DNA of 64,000 bases. Source: a virus. The stretch's first letter is position 1, and each line of letters starts with the position of its first letter. The DNA is taken from IMG/VR virus record IMGVR_UViG_3300045988_089718, positions 1 through 64,000 of that record. The stretch is one strand, 5' to 3'. Of this stretch, positions 15,844-26,560 are shown piece after piece. The notes below the pieces were generated by a model, which saw only the letters and a program-made list of their open reading frames with translations, was not told the DNA's origin and did no database searches. The translations under genes and the position numbers were made by a program.

Positions 15844-16068
15844 ATGGAAGAGGACAATGTAGGGGTAACTTCATTAGATTTAGTAGTTGGAAAACTTCTG
15901 GCTAGATGTGCAGAAAAACTTAATGAAGAAGCTTATATCTATAAAGATTATGATAGTATTCCACAATTAAAGCTTGTTGATAATCCTCCTAGTGGCAAGG
16001 AAAGACGTAGAACTAGAAGAATGCTGGAACTTAGAAAAAGAAAGGGCAGATTGGGTATTTGTAGATGA
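15844..16068 (+). CDS. hypothetical protein (74 aa)
   Basis: ORF. Confidence 0.4.
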   Translation: MEEDNVGVTSLDLVVGKLLARCAEKLNEEAYIYKDYDSIPQLKLVDNPPSGKERRRTRRMLELRKRKGRLGICR

Positions 16069-16098
16069 GTTGTTTAACTTAATTACGAAAGGAAGTGA

Positions 16099-16425
16099 GT
16101 GATGAAAAAAGCTAAAATCAGAAAGACAGGCGAAATTGTGAATATTGTCTGTTTTAATTGTACTACCAGAAGGTGTAAATATGATAGCGTTTCATATATA
16201 GATAGTAAAGGTGCAGAACATGTAGAAGAACCTCTTAACTACTATTGGGACTTTGAAGAAATTCCCAACTTAGATGCTACAATTAATTGGGAGCAGAGAA
16301 GATATGAGCTAGCAAAAGAACTTTTAAAGATACTTATTTCGAAGCCAAATGAAACTTGTTTCATTGAGGAAAGGCTTGTAATTAAGAGAGCTGATAAGTT
16401 GATAGAAATATTAAAGGAGGATTAA
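16099..16425 (+). CDS. hypothetical protein (108 aa)
   Basis: ORF. Confidence 0.5.
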   Translation: MMKKAKIRKTGEIVNIVCFNCTTRRCKYDSVSYIDSKGAEHVEEPLNYYWDFEEIPNLDATINWEQRRYELAKELLKILISKPNETCFIEERLVIKRADKLIEILKED

Positions 16426-16428
16426 GCT

Positions 16429-16764
16429 ATGATAGATAATAAGAAAATAGAAACTGCTGCAAGTAAACTTTGTGACTATGGTTCAATTTATGATAGTGAA
16501 AATAGAATAGATGGGTTCAAGAAAGGTGTAAATTGGGCAATTAATGAGGTATTTAAGGACCTATGGCATAACACTAAAGAAGAGCCTAAGAATTTGGAAT
16601 ACATAATCTTTACTAGTGATATATTTGGAGAGACTTATTTCTTTACTATGCAAAGGGATAATTCACTTCAAAGTTGGGAAACAGAAGTAGCATGTCATGG
16701 CATAGACCAATGGGCTTATAGAAATGATATTGTTTCTTTAATATTGAAAGGAGGTAAACAGTGA
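16429..16764 (+). CDS. hypothetical protein (111 aa)
   Basis: ORF. Confidence 0.5.
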   Translation: MIDNKKIETAASKLCDYGSIYDSENRIDGFKKGVNWAINEVFKDLWHNTKEEPKNLEYIIFTSDIFGETYFFTMQRDNSLQSWETEVACHGIDQWAYRNDIVSLILKGGKQ

Positions 16765-16779
16765 ATATATTAGCATTTT

Positions 16780-17016
16780 TTGGGTTTTATTTTAGTTATC
16801 ATTGTAATAGTAACTTGTACATCTGAAATAAGATATGAAGGTAATACAGCTTTATCTATTGTACTTTTAGTTATTGCAGTTATAGGATTGTTATTTATTA
16901 TAGCATACATAAGTAATACTCCTACTGCCTTGGATGTATATAAAGGTAATACAGAATTAAGAATTACTTATGAAGGTAAAACTCCTGTAGATTCGGTTGT
17001 AATTTATAAGAAATGA
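16780..17016 (+). CDS. small membrane protein, paralog of 18315-18569
   Basis: TTG start in ORF track (true start uncertain); hydrophobic N-terminal half; C-terminus LDVYKGNTELRITYEGKTPVDSVVIYKK closely matches IDVYKGKTELRITYEGNIPVDSAVVFKK of the 18315 gene. Confidence 0.5.
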   Translation: MGFILVIIVIVTCTSEIRYEGNTALSIVLLVIAVIGLLFIIAYISNTPTALDVYKGNTELRITYEGKTPVDSVVIYKK

Positions 17017-17382
17017 AATGAATAATGGAAATATTTACATTTGACATTATGCTTAATGGAAGATTTATTTGTACTTTAAAATATAAATATAATTCAATCT
17101 TCCCTATTGACTTAGAAGAATTAGAAAAATTTATCTTAAATAAGAGACCTACTCTTAAAGGTAAAGATTTTAGAATTAAATTTTAACAATTATGAAAGTA
17201 CTTAAATTATGTATTATCCCTATTGCTTACTTATTAATAGGGGTATTAGAAGTATATAGTTATTATCTATTTAAAAATGATGCTATAGGAATCTTTACAT
17301 TCTTTACTCTTCTTAGCTTTATAGTAACATTTGGAATGGAAATAGCAGAAGATTAAGTATTAATAAAAATTAATTAATTATT

Positions 17383-17757
17383 ATGCCAAAATATATTACT
17401 AGTGATTTATTACATTATAAAATAGGTAATACTAAATACTTAATAGAAGTAACTAATACTTCAAAGTATGGATATTGTTTTAAAGGGGTTAAAGATAATT
17501 TTAATGGAGTTATCTGTGATGACTTTATTGAAGATATACCTCTTACCCCAGAAATTCTTGAAAAGAATGGATGGAAAAAGGATAAAGATGGTTATTTTAA
17601 TGATTCTTATCATATAAGACTTTGTAAAAGTAATACTAATTATGCTGCTTATAAAGTAGTAAATAAGTCTATTGTATGGTTAAGAGCTGTAGAAAATGTT
17701 CCTGATTTACAACATCTTTTATTTGGTCTTGATATTTCTTTAAAAATAGAAGTATAA
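17383..17757 (+). CDS. hypothetical protein (124 aa)
   Basis: ORF. Confidence 0.5.
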   Translation: MPKYITSDLLHYKIGNTKYLIEVTNTSKYGYCFKGVKDNFNGVICDDFIEDIPLTPEILEKNGWKKDKDGYFNDSYHIRLCKSNTNYAAYKVVNKSIVWLRAVENVPDLQHLLFGLDISLKIEV

Positions 17758-17893
17758 ATGAATATAAAAGAGGTTATAAAAATATTATTTAAAATTAGAA
17801 GTAATCTTATTGACCCTAAGCAAAAACATGCTATTTGGATAGTAATTAAAGCTATTAAGTATTGTAGTATAATAACTAAATCAATTAAAAATA

Positions 17894-18142
17894 ATGAATA
17901 ACAAATATAGAAAGAAGCCAGTTATCATTGAGGCTATTCAGTGGCTGGGAACAAATCTCTCAGAAATTGATGATTTTATAGGTGAAAGTATTACAAATAA
18001 AGGTACTACCCTTATAATTTATACTTTAGAAGGAGATATGAAAGCATCTATTGGTGACTATATCATCAAGGGTGTAAACGGAGAGTTTTATCCTTGTAAG
18101 CCTGATATTTTTGATAAGACTTATGAGGAAGTAACAGAGTAA
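17894..18142 (+). CDS. hypothetical protein (82 aa)
   Basis: ORF. Confidence 0.45.
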   Translation: MNNKYRKKPVIIEAIQWLGTNLSEIDDFIGESITNKGTTLIIYTLEGDMKASIGDYIIKGVNGEFYPCKPDIFDKTYEEVTE

Positions 18143-18314
18143 CTATCATTGATATGGAAGATTCTCAGAAAGAAAATGATCATGCATTAAAGGAATGTTA
18201 CGAAAATTTAATTTCCGTTATAGTAGATATGAGTCTTTTGTGTGGTAAAGCATTGTTTAAAAAATAACTTGCTACCTTCTCTCTGGTAAAAAGGAGAGGG
18301 TAAAATAAAAGAAT

Positions 18315-18569
18315 ATGATAATTTGGTTAATATTAGGAATCCTTCTTGTGATTCTTACTATTTGTTTAGGAATAGCGATCATACATGAATCTGATGAAAA
18401 AATAGGTGTTATAATATCTTATGTAGGATTTATAATAGGTTTAACACTTATTATTGGATACATAAATAGTAGACCACGAGCAATCGATGTGTATAAAGGC
18501 AAAACTGAATTACGTATCACGTATGAAGGGAATATACCAGTAGATTCTGCGGTAGTTTTTAAAAAATAA
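18315..18569 (+). CDS. small membrane protein, paralog of 16780-17016
   Basis: Shared C-terminal motif DVYKGxTELRITYEG..PVDS. Confidence 0.5.
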   Translation: MIIWLILGILLVILTICLGIAIIHESDEKIGVIISYVGFIIGLTLIIGYINSRPRAIDVYKGKTELRITYEGNIPVDSAVVFKK

Positions 18570-18575
18570 AAGAAT

Positions 18576-18734
18576 ATGGCACAAGAAGGATGGATATGCC
18601 CTAGGTGTGGAAAGGTAAACGCGCCTTGGGTGATGCAATGTTCCTGTAATAGGAGTACTCAAATATTACCTAAAGTCGGCGCTCCTTATTATGAAGGAGA
18701 TCAAACAACGTGTAATACAAAGGAGGATAAGTAA
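18576..18734 (+). CDS. small zinc-ribbon protein (52 aa)
   Basis: MAQEGWICPRCGKVNAPWVMQCSCN... (CxxC...CxC); below the ORF-track cutoff. Confidence 0.4.
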   Translation: MAQEGWICPRCGKVNAPWVMQCSCNRSTQILPKVGAPYYEGDQTTCNTKEDK

Positions 18735-18840
18735 TGAGTAATATTTATAAAGAAGATTTTGTTGATGAAGATACAGGAGAAGTTATTCAAATGGAATTGG
18801 ACTTAGACAAACTTCATAAATATCATAAGGAGGATAAATA

Positions 18841-19299
18841 ATGTGTAAAATAAATGTTAAAAAGTCAATTCTAGAAATTGTCGAAAAGAATAATCTAGAA
18901 ATACTCAAAATAGACTTATACAATGATGAAGAATCTTTTGTTAAGTTTGATGAATATTGTAAATTTTATGCTACTCTAAAAGATTTAGATTTTGAGGTAG
19001 AGTCAATCTTTATGTATGATAAAGTTCGTGGTATGGTTTATTGCCGAGATAAAGATACTAAAGAACCAGTATGGATAGTGTCTTGTGGTGATGAAGGAGG
19101 TTCTTGGTGGGAAGTTCACAGAGTTCCAGACTTTTATAAACGAAAGGCATTAAATAAAATAAAGTTATTATTAATCAGCGCTAAAAACAGGTTTCGTAAT
19201 GCTATTGATGGTGTGATGATACCTCCTGATGAGAAATATAGAGAAAAGTCAAAAGCATTTGAGGAACTTGAAAAAGCACTTAAAGAGTTAGAGGATTAA
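18841..19299 (+). CDS. hypothetical protein (152 aa)
   Basis: ORF. Confidence 0.5.
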   Translation: MCKINVKKSILEIVEKNNLEILKIDLYNDEESFVKFDEYCKFYATLKDLDFEVESIFMYDKVRGMVYCRDKDTKEPVWIVSCGDEGGSWWEVHRVPDFYKRKALNKIKLLLISAKNRFRNAIDGVMIPPDEKYREKSKAFEELEKALKELED

Positions 19300-19301
19300 T
19301 T

Positions 19302-19646
19302 ATGACAAAAGAAGAAATAGAAAGGAACGCAGAAAGATGGCGAGAAATCGTTAAATCTTTTATAAATAAAAAGGACAAATTAAATGTAAGACGCGATGAA
19401 CTACTTCGAGAAATGAAACAATTTCAAGAAGACTATATTAAAGCCTTGCCTGTTAAAATCGGAGATAAAATTATGGATGAAGATGGACGTGTAGGTCGGC
19501 TTTCCAGAATAGTTCCATATCGTTCACCATCGGAAAGGTTTATGAGTGCGACATTGAGTTTGACCCTCTTCTTCCATATGGAGAAAAAAGATGGTACTTA
19601 TGACAATCGTGAAGTTTATGCTCATGGTTTCCCAATTAAATTATAA
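19302..19646 (+). CDS. hypothetical protein (114 aa)
   Basis: ORF. Confidence 0.5.
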   Translation: MTKEEIERNAERWREIVKSFINKKDKLNVRRDELLREMKQFQEDYIKALPVKIGDKIMDEDGRVGRLSRIVPYRSPSERFMSATLSLTLFFHMEKKDGTYDNREVYAHGFPIKL

Positions 19647-19651
19647 TTAAT

Positions 19652-20029
19652 ATGAACAGAAATCAAGCTAAAAAATTTTATCCTATAATGCAAGCTTTTG
19701 CAGAAGGAAAAACGATAGAACGTAGAACCAGATCTTGGAAGTTAAATAAAGGCTGGCAATATTCAACAACCTGGAAAGAAACAGAAGAGCTAAAATTCCA
19801 AGATACTTATGAATATCGTATTAAACCTGAACCAAAATATCGTCCTTTCAAAGATGCAAAAGAGTGCTGGAATGAAATGCAAAAACATCAACCCATTGGA
19901 TATACTAAACTGATAGGAGAAATCGAATACAGTTTTATAACAGATGTTGATGATAGTATTAATTATTCAGATGCTATTAAAGAATACACATTTGCAGATG
20001 GAACTCCATTTGGTATAAAAGAAGAATAA
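19652..20029 (+). CDS. hypothetical protein (125 aa)
   Basis: ORF. Confidence 0.5.
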   Translation: MNRNQAKKFYPIMQAFAEGKTIERRTRSWKLNKGWQYSTTWKETEELKFQDTYEYRIKPEPKYRPFKDAKECWNEMQKHQPIGYTKLIGEIEYSFITDVDDSINYSDAIKEYTFADGTPFGIKEE

Positions 20030-20032
20030 ACT

Positions 20033-20302
20033 ATGAAAAAAATTATCTTTATAGTATTATCTATTCTTTCGTTTACATCTTGTAGCAAGGAACAGATGAA
20101 GGAACTTAGAGAAGCGCAAATAGCTCCAACTGATGAATGGTGGTATAAAGGACACCATTATTTGGTATGGGATAATTCTAGAAGTCGTAATAGTATTATT
20201 CATGACCCAGATTGCTCTTGCTATTTAGATACTTTAAGTATTTATGTAGTTAATAATAATGATACAACTTATGTAATTAAGAATCATAAAAGAAAGGATT
20301 AA
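20033..20302 (+). CDS. putative lipoprotein (89 aa)
   Basis: MKKIIFIVLSILSFTSCSKEQ: signal peptide plus lipobox Cys. Confidence 0.5.
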   Translation: MKKIIFIVLSILSFTSCSKEQMKELREAQIAPTDEWWYKGHHYLVWDNSRSRNSIIHDPDCSCYLDTLSIYVVNNNDTTYVIKNHKRKD

Positions 20303-20304
20303 TT

Positions 20305-20655
20305 ATGAGCAAACCAGATTTACATTCATCATTGCTCTTTCTAATGATTAAACTAGAAGAAGCAAAGAATAACTCAATGTCTGACAAAAACTTTGTTGCT
20401 GCATTGACAGATGTTCTCAAATATTTCCGTGATAATGGAGAGTTGAAGAAAGCTTATGAAATCCAAAAGGATTCATTAACAAATATGGCTAATAGTCCTT
20501 GGGCGAAATTAGTAATTGGTATGTTTACCTCAAAAGTACAAGAAGATAAAGTTGATGTAGAGTTACCTGACATTGATGCTCTAATAAAAGAAAATACTTC
20601 TGATGAGTTCATTGAAAAGAAAATCAATGATGTTCTAGGTATTAAAGAAAAATAA
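20305..20655 (+). CDS. hypothetical protein (116 aa)
   Basis: ORF. Confidence 0.5.
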   Translation: MSKPDLHSSLLFLMIKLEEAKNNSMSDKNFVAALTDVLKYFRDNGELKKAYEIQKDSLTNMANSPWAKLVIGMFTSKVQEDKVDVELPDIDALIKENTSDEFIEKKINDVLGIKEK

Positions 20656-20794
20656 GCATGAATAACAATGACTTAGGAATCTTAGAAACCATTACTCACT
20701 CAATCCTCAAAGATGTAAAAAGTTTAGATCCTGATATATCTCAACTAGTAGATAAATACTTTTGGTATTTAGTATAAAACTTAAAAAGAATAAT

Positions 20795-21094
20795 ATGATA
20801 TTTTACAGATTTGATGAAATTCCAGAGGATGAATGTTCATCTATATGGAATAATAGTAATGAAGTAATAGGTAAAGAAAAAGGTGTGTCTGTTTATGAAG
20901 CTCATAAAAATATAAATGGAACATACTCTCCCGTTCTTCCATTTCCAACAAATGAAAAAGCATTTAATGGTTTTATATATCATGTAGCATACTTTACTGG
21001 CAATAAATATCTAGTAACCGGTGATTTGTTAGATGAAACCGGTACTGATGGTGAGCCATTAATTAAAAATGTAAAAATATTAAAAAAATTATAG
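20795..21094 (+). CDS. hypothetical protein (99 aa; internal ATG start preferred)
   Basis: The 20762 start in the ORF track overlaps the upstream small ORF; MIFYRFDEIPEDE start at 20795. Confidence 0.45.
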   Translation: MIFYRFDEIPEDECSSIWNNSNEVIGKEKGVSVYEAHKNINGTYSPVLPFPTNEKAFNGFIYHVAYFTGNKYLVTGDLLDETGTDGEPLIKNVKILKKL

Positions 21095-21097
21095 TTT

Positions 21098-21484
21098 ATG
21101 GATATAAAAGATATTAAATTTAAGGCTAAACGTCTTGATACTGGAGAATGGGTAAAGGGGGACTTGGTACATAGTACAAGTTATATTGGTATATGTATAT
21201 ATCATCCAAATAACATATTTCCTGATGTTCCAGTAGTACGCAAGGTTGACCCGGATACAGTTTGTATGTTCACAGGATTAAAAAACAAGGAAGGTAATGA
21301 AATATACGAACATGATTTTATCTCTATATTTAAAGGTAGAGAACTTTGTGAAGTAATCTTTGAAAAAGGATGCTTCCTAGCATTTAATCCTAGAACTCAT
21401 ATGCGTATGCCATTAATAACAGGTATTAATGACTATGCCTGGGAATTGCATGTAGTTGGAAACAAATTCGATAAAAAGAAATAA
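21098..21484 (+). CDS. hypothetical protein (128 aa)
   Basis: ORF. Confidence 0.5.
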   Translation: MDIKDIKFKAKRLDTGEWVKGDLVHSTSYIGICIYHPNNIFPDVPVVRKVDPDTVCMFTGLKNKEGNEIYEHDFISIFKGRELCEVIFEKGCFLAFNPRTHMRMPLITGINDYAWELHVVGNKFDKKK

Positions 21485-21676
21485 GATATGAAAGAAGAAA
21501 CAAGGAAAGTAGTAATTCTTGATTGGGAAGATAAGCTTAAACTACAACAAATTATCAAGGATTTGGAACAAATTGCTAATTATTACGATAATGGTTGTAA
21601 AGATGCAGTTACTATCAAGAATACACTTTACTATCTCCAAGTAATTGAAGAAAAAATTAATTAAAACATAGAAAAT

Positions 21677-22066
21677 ATGAGTGATTATTCAGAAATGTCT
21701 ATTGAGGACTTAGAAAAGCTTAAAATAAAGTATCTAAGTCAGAGAGATAATATAGAGAATACTATAGGAGAAATAGTAAGTAATATAAGAGCTAAAAAGA
21801 TACAAGTTAATAATCATGCTCTTAGAGAACATCCTTACTATAAAGACAACGCATCTTATTTAAAAGTAACTATCAATGATGGAACTGGATATACTGTAAC
21901 TAAAATTACTCCTGGTGGTAAATGTATAGGAATATACCAGTTTAACGCAGATACTATCGACTTTTTAAAATATTATAAAATCTGCTCTCAATCTGTATGG
22001 GAAAGTGCTATAGATAGACTTAATATATGGTTTAAGGACGCAAGTTTAAAAATTAAAAAGTTATGA
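21677..22066 (+). CDS. hypothetical protein (129 aa)
   Basis: ORF. Confidence 0.5.
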   Translation: MSDYSEMSIEDLEKLKIKYLSQRDNIENTIGEIVSNIRAKKIQVNNHALREHPYYKDNASYLKVTINDGTGYTVTKITPGGKCIGIYQFNADTIDFLKYYKICSQSVWESAIDRLNIWFKDASLKIKKL

Positions 22067-22234
22067 CAGTAGAAGAATGTACAAAACTTATGATAAATGC
22101 CTTAAAAGAAGGTCATTTATCTACAGCTGACATAGTTGATAAATATTGTGAATGGGCTTCTCCCGGATTAAGAAATTCATTAATCTCCGATTTAGAGTAT
22201 GTAAAACATTTATATAAATTAAAAAAAATATTAA

Positions 22235-22474
22235 ATGATTAAAGCAACAGAAGCAAGAGTTATAACTAAATCTGGAGGATTAGATAGGAATGTATTAGAT
22301 AAAATACAAAATGCCATAATTACTGAAGCTAATAAAGGTAATTATGCTGCTTGGATTGGTTCTATACTTCCGACAACTAATGTTGACAAATATTATGATT
22401 ACCTTAAAGAATTAGGATTTGGAATTAGTCTTCTTTATAAAGGTAATCATGGAGTTTATGTAACTTGGAGATAA
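22235..22474 (+). CDS. hypothetical protein (79 aa)
   Basis: ORF. Confidence 0.45.
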   Translation: MIKATEARVITKSGGLDRNVLDKIQNAIITEANKGNYAAWIGSILPTTNVDKYYDYLKELGFGISLLYKGNHGVYVTWR

Positions 22475-22695
22475 AAATAAAAGATATGAATAAACTTTGG
22501 ATATTACCAACAATTTGTTTTATAATTGTTTCAGCTTGGTCAGTTCCTAATTATTATTATCAGAAAGCAAAAATTCTGGAATTACAGGTAATTGTAGATA
22601 GACAAGCAAATGCTATTCAGCAACTTGAGAAAGAAAAGAATAATACGGAAGTAACTATTCCTCAGTATTTGGATAGTCTGCCTAATGATGATTAA
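22465..22695 (+). CDS. hypothetical membrane-anchored protein (76 aa)
   Basis: ORF; N-terminal hydrophobic segment. Confidence 0.45.
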   Translation: MEIKIKDMNKLWILPTICFIIVSAWSVPNYYYQKAKILELQVIVDRQANAIQQLEKEKNNTEVTIPQYLDSLPNDD

Positions 22696-22804
22696 GTATC
22701 TATAATATGGATGCAGATATTCAATTTGTAATTCTATTCTTTATTATAATAGGAATATTAATTGTTTCTATGACTTTTTTATTATATTATATAAGTTAAT
22801 TACT

Positions 22805-23413
22805 ATGTATTTAGAAGGAGATAAATGGAAAAATTGGCACACTAGATGTTCTGATGCTGCCATTAAAGAGAACAAAAATGGAGAAGATACTAAATTAAGT
22901 ACTATATCAGTATCTAAGTTACTTGAATATGCTCACACTGCACTACGTAATTGTGAGATTAATAATTTAGACCCTGATAAAGTCCCAGTATTTCTTACAT
23001 TAGATCATGATGAGAATTTATATTCTTATATAGGATTATCTATATGTTGTAGTAGTCAATTAGGAACTTATGTAACTTTAGGTTCTTCAGACTATTATAA
23101 AATGTTCTATGTTGCTCCAGATTCTAAACCTGAAGTAGGTGAATATTGGAGAAGTAGAGGTGTAGGTTATGATTTATCTGGTTTTGTAGTATCTAAACTG
23201 GCTGGAGAACGTTTAACTAGATTAGTTAAATATGTATTGAATACAGATGAACCTTTGTCTCATCTAAATTACAGAGAATTTGAACCTAATTGGATTCAAT
23301 TTAAGTTTCAAAAAGAAGAATTTAATCTGGAATTGTTAGATAAACTTGCAAGAGCAAACGATAATATAGTTAATGAAGCTATATTAAGACAATGTATGAT
23401 TAATAAAGAATAA
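22805..23413 (+). CDS. hypothetical protein (202 aa)
   Basis: ORF. Confidence 0.55.
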   Translation: MYLEGDKWKNWHTRCSDAAIKENKNGEDTKLSTISVSKLLEYAHTALRNCEINNLDPDKVPVFLTLDHDENLYSYIGLSICCSSQLGTYVTLGSSDYYKMFYVAPDSKPEVGEYWRSRGVGYDLSGFVVSKLAGERLTRLVKYVLNTDEPLSHLNYREFEPNWIQFKFQKEEFNLELLDKLARANDNIVNEAILRQCMINKE

Positions 23414-23566
23414 TAAAGTCATATTTATGTATAGTTTAAGAGAAATCAAGAAACTACATGAAGCTAATGCAGTTATTCGGAATTATCATTTACATCCAGA
23501 TGATTCTAAAATACCTGCAGTTAAAAGGACTTTTAGTATATTAAACAGAATTATATTATTTGGAAA

Positions 23567-23896
23567 ATGATTCCGAAAAAGAGACAGATTTATAATTTCT
23601 TTGACGACGGTAAATGTTCATCAAGTAGATTATATAAAGCTTATGTAAAGAAAGTAATTCCTTTTAATAAAGCTAATATACATCTAAAGATACATTTAGT
23701 TAATAGTGCTCTTGATTATGATTGGATATGGAATGGAGATACTGATTATTTCGTGGGTTGTTACATTCCTAGATATGATAACCATCTTGTCTGGTTTACT
23801 AGAACAGTAAATGGAGAATGGTTTAGTATGGATTTTCAATCTAACTGGAATGGGGGATTATTAGATGTCAATAGAAATATTCAACTTAATTTTTAA
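23567..23896 (+). CDS. hypothetical protein (109 aa)
   Basis: ORF. Confidence 0.5.
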   Translation: MIPKKRQIYNFFDDGKCSSSRLYKAYVKKVIPFNKANIHLKIHLVNSALDYDWIWNGDTDYFVGCYIPRYDNHLVWFTRTVNGEWFSMDFQSNWNGGLLDVNRNIQLNF

Positions 23897-24025
23897 CATT
23901 AATTAATTTTTAAATTATGGATAAAGAATATAGAATAGATCCAGATGATTGGTATGATAATTACAATTATCTACGTGGTAGACACTAATTTATAAAAGAG
24001 TTCTAACTTAGGACTCTTTTAAATT

Positions 24026-24355
24026 GGGGATGTTTTGGTTTTGAACTTCGAGGAGATAAGGAACACAGCAAGACAGTTGGAGAGACAACAAAACAATAAT
24101 CGCTAGAGTTATTAATATGACTCCTGCTTATCAGGCTGCTGCCTGAGAAGCCGAGCAGCACTTGCTTAGGAACAGAAAGGTGCACTATTTTCCATTTCTT
24201 TTGTAAGTTCTCTGTATACTTTAGGAACAGAGTGGTGGAAGTTGGCAATGTTAATCTTGTCAACCCTAATAGACAAGGATAGTCTCTAAAACCTATGCTG
24301 TAAGAATGTTTTGATGCAAATCGGAGTGACAGGGGTTCGACTCCCCTCATCTCCA
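24026..24355 (+). ncRNA. ssrA: tmRNA-like gene (about 330 nt)
   Basis: 5' GGGGATG pairs with 3' CATCTCC, giving a tRNA-Ala-like acceptor with G3:U70. 3' T arm GGGG-TTCGACT-CCCC. Locally GC-rich with no ORF (the minus ORF 24003-24356 is spurious). Candidate tag frame GCT AGA GTT ... TAT CAG GCT GCT GCC TGA (ARVINMTPAYQAAA). Confidence 0.6.
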
Positions 24356-24445
24356 CTAGTTCATAGAACTGTTTTTATTATTTGTTTTTAATCCCTGGGC
24401 TATTATTATAGTTCAGGGATTTTTGTTTAATTTTAACTGTTAATT

Positions 24446-25303
24446 ATGGGAATTTTTAGTAATTTTTTAAAAGAAGACAAAAAAGAACAGAAACCTTTAA
24501 TAACTATAGATAAAGAATTATCTAAGTTAGCGGTAGATTTAGTAGGGGTTTCAGAAGGCACAGCATTAATTCCTTTAAAGTCTAATGATATGTCTGGAGA
24601 ATATGCCAGATTATGTAATTTAGGATTAGGTAATAGTGCAAATGCTAAATTCTTAAAAGATAGAATACGTGATATTAATGCATATAATAGAAATATCATA
24701 AGAGCTCGTGAGTTATTAGATTATATAAAAACTATGAATGAGTTTTTAGGAGATTCTGTTATATTAGTTAGTAGAGATTCTTTTTATAAATTATGTCATA
24801 AATACAAATTATCTATTGGATATCTTGAAGAGTTTACTGGTGTTATACCCGAGGCTAATTTAAAAGAATTATCTGATATAATGTATAAAATGGATCATTA
24901 CGGCGGATATACAAAATTACGTACAAATGCACATACAATAAAAATTAAACGTATACATAATTTCAGTGATAAGAGTGACTCTAGTATTCGTAAATACTTT
25001 GATTATAGTTTTAATATTATTTCTTATCCCGATTATTTATATCGTATGAGTGATATAGATGAATTTAAAGATAAGGAATGGGCTGATAGAGTTTCTTTAG
25101 ATGTACGTTATGTACCTACAATCACAATGTTTATAGCTTGTCCAAAATCAAATCTACAAGAGAAGACAGTTATAGTTTCTCACGCTGTGGACCCAATAAT
25201 ATTTCAATATTGTCCTTATGGAGTATTGATATATACTATGTGGGGAGAAGAAGCTGAAGATAAAGTATTTGAAGAGTATAAAAAGTTAAGAGCTATAAAA
25301 TAA
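24446..25303 (+). CDS. hypothetical protein (285 aa)
   Basis: Long ORF. Confidence 0.6.
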   Translation: MGIFSNFLKEDKKEQKPLITIDKELSKLAVDLVGVSEGTALIPLKSNDMSGEYARLCNLGLGNSANAKFLKDRIRDINAYNRNIIRARELLDYIKTMNEFLGDSVILVSRDSFYKLCHKYKLSIGYLEEFTGVIPEANLKELSDIMYKMDHYGGYTKLRTNAHTIKIKRIHNFSDKSDSSIRKYFDYSFNIISYPDYLYRMSDIDEFKDKEWADRVSLDVRYVPTITMFIACPKSNLQEKTVIVSHAVDPIIFQYCPYGVLIYTMWGEEAEDKVFEEYKKLRAIK

Positions 25304-25408
25304 ATATGAAAGAACATATTAGTAACTTTATTAAAATAATTGATGATATGTTACACAACATAGACATTCTTATAAATTTATTATAGTAATTATTAAACAT
25401 TTATTAAA

Positions 25409-26560
25409 ATGAGTAAACAAATTTGGTTGCAAGATGGCAACGTTTTTAGTCAGGGTAGTGCGACAACAGTATCTCATCCTGAAGGATTACCGAAAGGTGT
25501 TTATGAAGTAAAAGTCTCAATGACTGGATTTTACTTAAGTAAAATTGCTGAGTCTTTTACGTTTGATTACAAACTGTATGGTCTAAACCAAAAATTTATT
25601 GATTATGTCTTAAAGACATATGAGAACACTACAGGTAATTTAGGTGTTCTGCTAGATGGAATCAAAGGAACTGGTAAAACAGTTACTGCAAAGGAACTTT
25701 GTAATAACTTACAGCTCCCTGTGATCTTAGTACAATCAATGGGTGATTCTAATGATAAACTAATAAAATATTTATCTACAACTATTAATTTTGATTGTAT
25801 CTTCTTCTTTGATGAATATGAAAAAGAATTCAAAGATTCTTCTGATGTTCTCTCTTTTATGGATGGCACTTATAACTCTATTTATCGTAAAGTATTTTTA
25901 CTTACTACTAACGAGTTAAAAGTAGATCCAAATCTTCTCGGCAGACCTTCTAGAATAAGATATAAAAAGTCTTTCAGTAATCTTTCCGAGGAAGTTACTA
26001 AAGAAATTCTTAACGATATCTTGGAAGATAAAACTGCTATAGAGAAAGTTATAGAGTTAACTCATTCTATGAATATTATTACTATAGACTTAATTAAGGC
26101 TATAGCAACTGAAATTAATATTCATGGAGTAGAAGCTCTTCCTGATATTAAAGAAACCTTTAATATTGAGTTCTCTAAGTTTACTTATATGTATAAAGAA
26201 GTACAAATCAGACGTTGTGACTTGAAATTTACTCCTGAAAATATAAAGGATATATTAAAAACTTTTTATAAGTTTACAGAACTTAAAAAGAAAAATTGGG
26301 AGAAATATACTCGTGAAGAAAGAAAATTATATAACGAATGGTCTACTAAATTCAGTGAGGATTATGGTTCCACTACTGAAGATAAAGAATTAAAATATCT
26401 GGAACCTGGAGATCGTTTCGAAGAGGATCGTATATTAATGGTAAGTATTAAAGAAAAATATGTAGTAACTATGACTGATTATGGATATATTAGAATGTAT
26501 TTAATTAATAGCTGCTATTCTACAAGTAAAGCCACTGGTCTTGTAAATTGCGAATTATAA
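25409..26560 (+). CDS. AAA-family ATPase (383 aa)
   Basis: Walker A LLDGIKGTGKTVTAKEL; Walker B-like IFFFDEYEKE. Confidence 0.6.
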   Translation: MSKQIWLQDGNVFSQGSATTVSHPEGLPKGVYEVKVSMTGFYLSKIAESFTFDYKLYGLNQKFIDYVLKTYENTTGNLGVLLDGIKGTGKTVTAKELCNNLQLPVILVQSMGDSNDKLIKYLSTTINFDCIFFFDEYEKEFKDSSDVLSFMDGTYNSIYRKVFLLTTNELKVDPNLLGRPSRIRYKKSFSNLSEEVTKEILNDILEDKTAIEKVIELTHSMNIITIDLIKAIATEINIHGVEALPDIKETFNIEFSKFTYMYKEVQIRRCDLKFTPENIKDILKTFYKFTELKKKNWEKYTREERKLYNEWSTKFSEDYGSTTEDKELKYLEPGDRFEEDRILMVSIKEKYVVTMTDYGYIRMYLINSCYSTSKATGLVNCEL

